A stretch of 25,397 bases of DNA. Origin: a virus. Taxonomy: Duplodnaviria; Caudoviricetes. Position 1 is the stretch's first letter; the number at the start of each line of letters is the position of its first letter. The translations under genes and the position numbers were made by a program. Positions 18,121 to 23,715 of the stretch are shown piece after piece. The stretch is from positions 1 through 25,397 of the IMG/VR virus record IMGVR_UViG_3300009684_000159, one strand, 5' to 3'. Under the pieces are notes generated by a model, which saw only the letters and a list, made by a program, of their open reading frames with translations, did no database searches and was not told where the DNA came from.

Positions 18121-18274
18121 TTTTATTTATCATTACAAAACACCATATAAGTGCGGCGCTTTTAAATTGTTTACTTGTTGGGAAGATAAAACCGACGAGT
18201 ATGATTTAACAAAGCCAGAAATTAGAAAGTCTTTAATTGAAATCGGCTTCATTGCTAAGAGGCGCGACTCATGA
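17972..18274 (+). CDS. Lipoprotein, putative o-spanin (Rz1-like)
   Basis: Signal-peptide-like N-terminus ending in lipobox LYG-C; starts inside the preceding ORF in the +1 frame; ATGA overlap with the next gene. Confidence 0.55.
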   Translation: MTMLKNFLKITTVSTMLAYTLYGCASLASYSYIVPPLKDRTLRLAMDKPSFIYHYKTPYKCGAFKLFTCWEDKTDEYDLTKPEIRKSLIEIGFIAKRRDS

Positions 18275-18456
18275 ATGAACGCCAAATTAAATGGATAGAG
18301 TTTGTTATTTTTGTGGTTGTTCTTTGCGTTGGTGTTGTGACGTTTTCTTATAATACCTTTGCAACTAAAGAAAGCGTCAAAGACTCAATTGTGGATAGAC
18401 TTGATCGAATCGAGAACAAAGTAGACCGATTAATTGAATCTAATCCTCGTCACTAG
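18271..18456 (+). CDS. Small single-TM protein with C-terminal coiled coil (holin/haemolysin XhlA-like)
   Basis: TM segment FVIFVVVLCVGVVTF followed by 'RLDRIENKVDRLI'. Confidence 0.6.
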   Translation: MNERQIKWIEFVIFVVVLCVGVVTFSYNTFATKESVKDSIVDRLDRIENKVDRLIESNPRH

Positions 18457-18535
18457 GTTCCTCGTCATCAAATAAGAATAATAATAAAAAAATACTAAGA
18501 GCGCAAAAAAGCTCGAAAGCGTCTGAATCGCTCAT
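18440..18535 (-). CDS. Possible 31 aa membrane micropeptide (MSDSDAFELFCALSIFLLLFLFDDEEPSDED)
   Basis: Manual translation: hydrophobic core and acidic tail; ATGA overlap with a 30-codon upstream ORF; no RBS seen. Confidence 0.25.
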   Translation of the reverse strand: MSDSDAFELFCALSIFLLLFLFDDEEPSDED

Positions 18536-18632
18536 GGTTTTTTATGGCGAGAAATAGACCCGCGCTGTGAGTTTTTCCAATGTTCAATAAATTGCATGTT
18601 TTCTAAATAATATACGGTTAGCATGAGGCAAG

Positions 18633-19595
18633 CTATAGTGCAATAAATCTAGGGCCGAACTCATCACCTTCAAGAAAGCCATTGACCCATTCTGTCAATT
18701 TTGACGAAGTGTAGGTTAATCCTTTCGCCGCTGGGTTTCCCATAAAGCCCGAATTAGCTTCAAAAATAATTTTGTTAAACATTCTACGGTAAACAATTCC
18801 CGGTCTATGTGTGTGACCTGTTATGCAACTCATTAAATGTTGATCTCTATGATCTCCGAGCTTCATTTTGTAACCATGAAAAACTGCAATTTCTTCATTC
18901 AACAAAATAAAGTCTCTTGAATTAAAAAGAGTCGTCACGCCATCAAACGAAAACTCTCGTTTCATTGCTTCAGCAATCCAATCTTCGGCCTCTGGATACT
19001 CTTCCATAATTCTTTTCATTGGTCTGACTGAATGGTTCCCCATTGTCAAAAAAAGTCTAGCTTTAGGGTTTATCTTTTTAGCTCTTGCCCAGAACTCTTC
19101 GGTTAATTTTCTGCCAAGTGTATTCTCTTCTCTAGGTGTAAAAATATTATGAGAACGCGGAAATTTAGCGTGAGAATACATGTCGCGTACGTCTCCATTT
19201 AATATCCACAAATCATATTTTTTCTTTTCGGCTCTCTGGAAAAACTCTTCTAGCTTTTTCTCATGATGAAAAGGGTAATGGACATCAGAAACGACACACC
19301 AGTTATTCGATGAAACTTTTACTGGGTCAATTATGTCCGACTCTTGATTGTATTTATTTAAGTGCGACTCTATGTCTTTAACTTCAAAAATAGAATCATC
19401 AATTTTCTTTGCCTTGTGTGGTGTTAGTCCTAACGACTGAAGCAGGGGAGAAAATCCGCCAAACATAATCGAGATAAAATGTCTCGTATGCCCATAGGCT
19501 TTTATATATTCATTCATTGTCGGAGCGCGTTTTAATTCAGAAGCTAAATCGCGAAGCTCGTTTAGCATTTGCATTTTCTTATTTTCATCACTCAT
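18633..19595 (-). CDS. Calcineurin-like metallophosphoesterase with an N-terminal helical (HNH-associated-repeat-like) domain
   Basis: All five motifs are present: SDVH, GDVRD, GNH, FHG, GHTH. N-terminus 'LRDLASELKRAPTMNEY...FGGF..LLQSLGL'. Confidence 0.88.
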   Translation of the reverse strand: MSDENKKMQMLNELRDLASELKRAPTMNEYIKAYGHTRHFISIMFGGFSPLLQSLGLTPHKAKKIDDSIFEVKDIESHLNKYNQESDIIDPVKVSSNNWCVVSDVHYPFHHEKKLEEFFQRAEKKKYDLWILNGDVRDMYSHAKFPRSHNIFTPREENTLGRKLTEEFWARAKKINPKARLFLTMGNHSVRPMKRIMEEYPEAEDWIAEAMKREFSFDGVTTLFNSRDFILLNEEIAVFHGYKMKLGDHRDQHLMSCITGHTHRPGIVYRRMFNKIIFEANSGFMGNPAAKGLTYTSSKLTEWVNGFLEGDEFGPRFIAL

Positions 19596-19601
19596 ATTAA
19601 A

Positions 19602-19630
19602 AGTGTATGGGCAAAAATTGCCTAAAGCAA
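19602..19630 (-). promoter_or_regulatory. Sigma70-like promoter whose spacer is a 17 bp palindrome
   Basis: Minus strand TTGCTT-taggcaatttttgccca-TACACT, 6 nt before the ATG at 19595. Confidence 0.6.
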
Positions 19631-19641
19631 ACTAGGTCAAG

Positions 19642-19935
19642 TTAAAAGATAAGCCAGCCATTTAGTTTTATTAAATTAACAATCGGCTTTTCAAGCTTAT
19701 AAATTAGCGGGTGCGCTATTTTAAGGCGGGGATATTCAAACGTAAATACATGCAAAATTTCATGTACGAAAGTTTCAAGGGTCTCTTCTTTGGTCATGCC
19801 TATTTTTAAAGTGATTGTCTTTGCTTGCCCGTCAGCAAGACCCATGCACTTTTCATCGCCTTGAATTACGCTTTGCCAAACGACTTCGTACGATTTCGAG
19901 TTCTTTTTTATCTTGATCCGAGAGGGGAGGTTCAT
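19642..19935 (-). CDS. Small zincin-like metallopeptidase (HExxH)
   Basis: 'ETFVHEILH' motif. The likely start is MNLPSRIKI at 19935, not 20037. Confidence 0.7.
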   Translation of the reverse strand: MNLPSRIKIKKNSKSYEVVWQSVIQGDEKCMGLADGQAKTITLKIGMTKEETLETFVHEILHVFTFEYPRLKIAHPLIYKLEKPIVNLIKLNGWLIF

Positions 19936-20089
19936 TCTCTTTATTCTCGCGCTTTTCTGAGTTAGCTTCAAATGGTAAAATTTTACACCTGACGTCATTG
20001 CACTTTGGTTTCTTGCGATATATAGTAATTTGATCAACTTTACCGCGCTCGAAGTCGTCTAGCTCCATTGAGTGAACGAAGCCCTTCAC
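19853..20089 (-). CDS. Hypothetical protein (78 aa)
   Basis: GTGA start/stop overlap with the upstream lipoprotein gene suggests translational coupling. Confidence 0.45.
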   Translation of the reverse strand: MKGFVHSMELDDFERGKVDQITIYRKKPKCNDVRCKILPFEANSEKRENKENEPPLSDQDKKELEIVRSRLAKRNSRR

Positions 20090-20715
20090 GGTTTACAACA
20101 AGCTCCGTTACCTTTGTTTTGATCAATAGAGTCGAAAGCGGCATTAATTTGATAAGGTGGCGTCAATAAATTGTAGCTGTTAGCGCTATTACCAACGTGC
20201 ATAAAGCCTTTGGCGTGACTTGTTTCGTGGGCTGCTACCGATGCCTCATTGCAAATAGAAAAGCCGTGGTAAGCCATTGCTACGCGGTTTAAATGAACGA
20301 CAGACTCGCCACCCATTTCATAGCCCAAAACCCAAAACTGAATAGACGAGTAATAGTTGACTAACATGATTTGTGGACGGCGCATTTCGGTCACAATGTC
20401 CCACGGTGTTTTCCCGAGTAAATTATTCCACTTTCGCTTTGGGTCAGTGATAAAGTCTTCAAAACATTTGCTGGCAAGCGTTTCATTGAGTTTCGCTTCA
20501 ACTTTTATTAACTTTGATTTTTCAACCTCGGTGCATCTTTCATCGCAAATTAATGTAATGATTTTCACTTGCTCGGCTGGCGTTGCACTTGGTGAGGGTG
20601 TGGGTGTGGGTGAAGGCGTCGAAGTGGGCGCTGGAACCGGCACATTGATTGATGAATGAATCATGCAACTGGGTGTTAAAAGAACAACTAAAATCAATAG
20701 TTTGTTAAACTTCAT
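20086..20715 (-). CDS. Lipoprotein zinc metalloprotease (metzincin motif) with Pro/Thr linker
   Basis: MKFNKLLILVVLLTPS-C signal/lipobox-like sequence, PTSTPSPTPTPSP linker, HETSHAKGFMH (HExxHxxGxxH). Confidence 0.8.
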   Translation of the reverse strand: MKFNKLLILVVLLTPSCMIHSSINVPVPAPTSTPSPTPTPSPSATPAEQVKIITLICDERCTEVEKSKLIKVEAKLNETLASKCFEDFITDPKRKWNNLLGKTPWDIVTEMRRPQIMLVNYYSSIQFWVLGYEMGGESVVHLNRVAMAYHGFSICNEASVAAHETSHAKGFMHVGNSANSYNLLTPPYQINAAFDSIDQNKGNGACCKP

Positions 20716-20722
20716 AGATTTA

Positions 20723-20752
20723 ATTGTATAGGCAAAAACTGCCCATATGCAA
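20723..20752 (-). promoter_or_regulatory. Sigma70-like promoter with the same 17 bp palindrome
   Basis: Minus strand TTGCAT-a-tgggcagtttttgccta-TACAAT (18 nt spacer), 7 nt before the ATG at 20715. Confidence 0.6.
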
Positions 20753-20776
20753 GATGGCTAATTAACTAATGAAACT

Positions 20777-20914
20777 TTAGTCACCACGTCTTAAAACGTC
20801 ACGGAGGACGTCAAAGAAGCAAGCGCCTAAAAAACCACCAATCACAAGACTAAAGCCTAACACTAAAAAAGTGCCACACAATTCCCAAAACTCACCCACA
20901 GTTAATGATTCCAC
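20777..20914 (-). CDS. Small membrane protein (45 aa, MESLTVGEFWELCGTFLVLGFSLVIGGFLGACFFDVLRDVLRRGD)
   Basis: GTG start overlaps the upstream TAG; ggag upstream; one TM segment. Below the ORF-track length cut-off. Confidence 0.5.
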   Translation of the reverse strand: MESLTVGEFWELCGTFLVLGFSLVIGGFLGACFFDVLRDVLRRGD

Positions 20915-21360
20915 TATTCTCCACCTTTCAACGCTTCACGGGCTTTTTGAGAAAAAAGATCATCAAGATATTTTCCATCAATAGCTTCAGAAATTTCTGG
21001 GTGGTCTTTCCAACTTGCATTGGCTATATAATCCAACGCTTCCCTGAGTCGGGCGTTTTCAGATTGGAGTGCTCTTTTAGCATTGCCAAGATTAATCATT
21101 TTACAAGTTTCGGTGTGTCCGAAAGAACTGCAATCTGAATCACAAGTCTCATTCCATTCGTGGCAAATATCATGGTACAGTCTTTTCAGTGTTACATTCT
21201 CCTCACTCGCCAGTGCATAGCCGAAGTGTGCGCCTTCCTTGTAGGCATCCTCTTGTTCTTCTTGTTTATTGCCGTAATCATATTGCTCGAATGTTCTAGC
21301 AGCATCTTCAATTTTCTTTTTCACATCCATAACTTCCCTCTGGTTAATTTGTATGCTCAT
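20914..21360 (-). CDS. Hypothetical protein with Cys/His cluster and coiled-coil (ENARLREAL) modules
   Basis: ATGA overlap with the upstream small ORF; 'CHEWNETCDSDCSSFGHTETC'. Confidence 0.7.
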   Translation of the reverse strand: MSIQINQREVMDVKKKIEDAARTFEQYDYGNKQEEQEDAYKEGAHFGYALASEENVTLKRLYHDICHEWNETCDSDCSSFGHTETCKMINLGNAKRALQSENARLREALDYIANASWKDHPEISEAIDGKYLDDLFSQKAREALKGGE

Positions 21361-21646
21361 TTTAAATTAACTTTATTGTTAACTTTACGAATAAGTAAAA
21401 TAACAATAAAAAAACTAATAGCCATACCACCAATAAATCCTGCAATAAAATTAATCATTCTTCTCTCCTTAACTTAATTTCAAACATCACTCCACACCTT
21501 TCAACGCTTCACAAATATAGCAACTTTTTGTGAATCTCTAAAATCTACTTCGGCATTACCAACAAATCCTCGAACGAGCGCATTGATACCCTCGGCATTA
21601 TACCGCTCAGCTCTTTCCAACGCTTCCCTGAGTCGGGCGTTTTCAG
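21032..21646. repeat. 31 bp perfect direct repeat (21032-21062 and 21616-21646)
   Basis: tccaacgcttccctgagtcgggcgttttcag occurs twice. A second 18 bp repeat, cacctttcaacgcttcac, lies at 20922-20939 and 21495-21512. Confidence 0.9.
21357..21458 (-). CDS. Small membrane protein (33 aa, MINFIAGFIGGMAISFFIVILLIRKVNNKVNLK)
   Basis: Strong RBS taaggag; one TM segment followed by a basic tail; ATGA coupling to the next gene. Confidence 0.6.
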   Translation of the reverse strand: MINFIAGFIGGMAISFFIVILLIRKVNNKVNLK

Positions 21647-21704
21647 CTTCGAGCTTATCAACTTGATTTAAAATAATTTGAAGTGCTTTTTCATTATTAT
21701 CCAT
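21501..21704 (-). CDS. Hypothetical coiled-coil protein (67 aa), partial paralogue of 20914..21360
   Basis: The real start is probably MDNNEK at 21704 (agga upstream); shares ENARLREAL with the downstream gene. Confidence 0.6.
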   Translation of the reverse strand: MDNNEKALQIILNQVDKLEAENARLREALERAERYNAEGINALVRGFVGNAEVDFRDSQKVAIFVKR

Positions 21705-21709
21705 ACTTT

Positions 21710-21892
21710 TTATCCTGCCACTGACCATGACCCTGACCATGACCCTGACCGTGACCCTGACCGTGACCCTGACCCTGACCATGACCCTGACCCTGACCCT
21801 GACCATGACCCTGACCCTGACCATGACCCTGACCATGACCCTGACTGTGACCCTAACCATGACCGTAATTTAATTTTTTTATTAAACATCAT
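21710..21892 (-). CDS. Low-complexity (Trp/Gly/Arg-Ser)n peptide, 60 aa
   Basis: ATGA overlap with the upstream Sm-like gene identifies this as the likely reading frame across the hexamer array. Confidence 0.6.
   Translation of the reverse strand: MMFNKKIKLRSWLGSQSGSWSGSWSGSGSWSGSGSGSWSGSGSRSGSRSGSWSGSWSVAG
21722..21865. repeat. 24 x 6 bp tandem repeat TGACC(A/C/G)
   Basis: Counted directly: 24 units, two of them with extra substitutions (tgactg, taacca). Confidence 0.95.
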
Positions 21893-22158
21893 TTTTTGTC
21901 AGTCTCGCTAAAAGATTCAATGGCAGCATTTTTAATGTATACAGAAAATGGAAGTTTTTGTGCGTCTGTAAATTTATTAGAACTAAATGCTCCTGTCTCA
22001 TAAACAATAGCAGCATTGTCTAATTTAATGCATGTGTCATTGACACCAGATAAAACGCCTGTATAAATGTAATTTAAACAAAATACAATTACGTTTTTAC
22101 CTAATAATCCAATCATTCCTTCACCGTCTACTTCTTGAACTGTTACTATTTTCTTCAT
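21889..22158 (-). CDS. Small beta-barrel protein, Sm/LSm-like fold predicted (89 aa)
   Basis: RBS taaggag before MKKIV at 22158. 'LLGKNVIVF...IYTGVLSGVND..IKLDNA...VYIKNAAIESF' follows the Sm1/Sm2 pattern. Confidence 0.65.
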   Translation of the reverse strand: MKKIVTVQEVDGEGMIGLLGKNVIVFCLNYIYTGVLSGVNDTCIKLDNAAIVYETGAFSSNKFTDAQKLPFSVYIKNAAIESFSETDKK

Positions 22159-22181
22159 TTTATTTCTCCTTAACTTAATTT

Positions 22182-22210
22182 TAACACTCACAATGAGGCG
22201 CTGAGTGTTA
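22182..22210. promoter_or_regulatory. 9 bp perfect inverted repeat (taacactca-N11-tgagtgtta), operator or hairpin
   Basis: Intergenic, directly upstream of the RBS of the Sm-like gene. Confidence 0.5.
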
Positions 22211-22222
22211 TTGTAAATTTAT

Positions 22223-22747
22223 TCATTTTAACGCGTCAAAAAGACTACTAACTTTTTTAAGCTTCTTATATGAGAAGACGTAAAAGTAATGTCCGTTTGT
22301 TCTATGTTTAAATTTGTTTCCTTCGTTTTCAATTGTACTACCCCATTCCCAGCCCACAACAAAAACGCTTTTAGGAAAGTTAAAAGCTAGACACAAGATA
22401 TAAGCTCGGTGGGGTTTAAGTTGATCTTCATTGACAGCAATATCCCAACGGCTTTCATCGGATTCTTTTCGCGTCTTAACTTCGATCACGCTTCCTAAAT
22501 CGCCTGTATTTAATTCACGTTTAGACTTAGCTGTAATTTGATTTATTTTAATACCCGTTACTAATGAAACGGCAAGCTCGCCCGCTAATCCAATCTTATG
22601 ATCAAGAGATGATTCACTCGTTGCTTTAGTTGCCCAACCAAGTGATTTACCGTTATCGTTACGTTTATCACCATTGCGTTCGATCCATTTAATTTCTTCG
22701 GGCAAGAGTTTAACTTCCCACCAGTGGTTTGGTATCAAATTCGACAT
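22223..22747 (-). CDS. Hypothetical protein, PD-(D/E)XK nuclease-like
   Basis: 'GLAGELAV...GDLGSVIEVKT' gives an E...D...ExK arrangement; RBS aagggg. Confidence 0.6.
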   Translation of the reverse strand: MSNLIPNHWWEVKLLPEEIKWIERNGDKRNDNGKSLGWATKATSESSLDHKIGLAGELAVSLVTGIKINQITAKSKRELNTGDLGSVIEVKTRKESDESRWDIAVNEDQLKPHRAYILCLAFNFPKSVFVVGWEWGSTIENEGNKFKHRTNGHYFYVFSYKKLKKVSSLFDALK

Positions 22748-22758
22748 AATGCCCCCTT

Positions 22759-22820
22759 AAAAAAAACCGCCCAAGGTGAAACTTAAACTTTCGGTATTAC
22801 CTTAATTTATCCTTGAGCGG
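22759..22820 (-). terminator. Intrinsic terminator-like long hairpin
   Basis: Minus strand ccgctcaagg...ccttgggcgg stem (one G-U) followed by T8, between the RHH gene and the nuclease-like gene. Confidence 0.6.
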
Positions 22821-22845
22821 CCTTGTTTTCCCTCCATTGAGAAAA

Positions 22846-23037
22846 TTATTTAGTTTTTGATTCTGCCTTAGCTTTTCTTTTATTTGTTTTTAACATTGCC
22901 GCAAGCAATCTATGAATCGCGTATTCTAGTACGGCAGTACGATCCGTTTCGTTATCTTGGGCGATACCGTCTACAATTCTTAAGGTGTCTGCGTTCATTC
23001 TAAAACTTACTGATATTTTATTCTTTTTATTTTTCAT
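22846..23037 (-). CDS. Ribbon-helix-helix (CopG/Arc-like) DNA-binding protein
   Basis: 'ISVSFRM' strand, then 'ADTLRIVDGIAQ' helix and 'DRTAVLEYAIHRLL' helix. Confidence 0.75.
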   Translation of the reverse strand: MKNKKNKISVSFRMNADTLRIVDGIAQDNETDRTAVLEYAIHRLLAAMLKTNKRKAKAESKTK

Positions 23038-23311
23038 ATGATTGGACTCCGTGAACTTCGTTAATTCTTAAATTCATATAATGCTTGCCTTGATATTCGT
23101 TTGAATCAAGTTTTCCCATAATGATCACTAAAGCGCCCTCGCCTTGTTGTTCAATTCGATCATGTGAGAAGCCAAACGCGCTTGCATTAATATTAATCTG
23201 ACGACCTTCATCGCTTGCTAATAAAGTAAATGTTGAGAACGGTTTACCCGTCTTTGTGGTTTTTGATTCTAGATTTGTAATAGTACCTTGAAAGGTAAAG
23301 TTATTTGTCAT
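23027..23311 (-). CDS. ssb: Single-stranded DNA-binding protein (OB fold, no acidic tail)
   Basis: RBS gggag before MTNNFTFQG at 23311; 'TKTGKPFSTFTLLA', 'INASAFG' and 'GALVIIMGKL' SSB pattern. Confidence 0.8.
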   Translation of the reverse strand: MTNNFTFQGTITNLESKTTKTGKPFSTFTLLASDEGRQININASAFGFSHDRIEQQGEGALVIIMGKLDSNEYQGKHYMNLRINEVHGVQSYEK

Positions 23312-23316
23312 GTGTT

Positions 23317-23715
23317 TTATCTCCCTGTAACACATTCGTAATGCAAAGTATTTACGTTGTCAATAGTGAAATCGTCTTCATAAATATTACTTTTACCAAG
23401 GTTGCAGTCTTTACAAAGAACTTGAAGGTTAGATTCAATAAATGCAAGTTCTGGATATTTGCTATGAGGCTTAATATGATCAACATGAAGTTCTGATTCG
23501 CTTGTTTTACAAGCCATACACCTAAATCCATATTTTCTTAATGTTTTATATCTTAGCTCTCGCCATTGCTTTGAATCATAAAGCCAGTGTTTTGGTCTTA
23601 TGTTTAATGGTCTTGTTAAATTGTAATGTATAAGTTTTTGAAACCTATTCCTTAAATCAATTTCAACCTTGAGCTTTTTTTTAAAAGCTCTCTTTTTACT
23701 AGATTTACTATTCAT
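23317..23715 (-). CDS. HNH endonuclease
   Basis: 'YDSKQWRELR', CMAC, 'LHVDHIKP' and 'NLQVLCKDCNLGK' zinc-binding HNH motif. Confidence 0.92.
   Translation of the reverse strand: MNSKSSKKRAFKKKLKVEIDLRNRFQKLIHYNLTRPLNIRPKHWLYDSKQWRELRYKTLRKYGFRCMACKTSESELHVDHIKPHSKYPELAFIESNLQVLCKDCNLGKSNIYEDDFTIDNVNTLHYECVTGR

Noticed and set aside
20357-21477. + strand ORFs 20357..20659, 20905..21138 and 21160..21477
   Set aside because: Antisense to a coupled series of minus-strand genes that have better motifs and start signals.
21705-21860. (MVRV)n N-terminal extension of ORF 21501..21860
   Set aside because: Alternative frame of the repeat with no RBS. The Ser/Gly/Trp frame has ATGA coupling, and the downstream gene has its own start at 21704.
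21722-21865. Possible CRISPR array
   Set aside because: 6 bp units with no unique spacers; no cas genes in the window.
21678-21911. + strand ORF encoding (DHDP/DRDP)n
   Set aside because: It is the antisense reading of the hexamer array within a minus-strand operon and has no RBS; it stays open only because the repeat has no stop in that frame.
23317-23715. HNH as IscB/Cas9-like or intron-encoded homing endonuclease
   Set aside because: Only 132 aa, with no RuvC or PLMP motifs. No interrupted host gene or recognisable group I core flanks it. Kept only as an open link to the upstream structured region.
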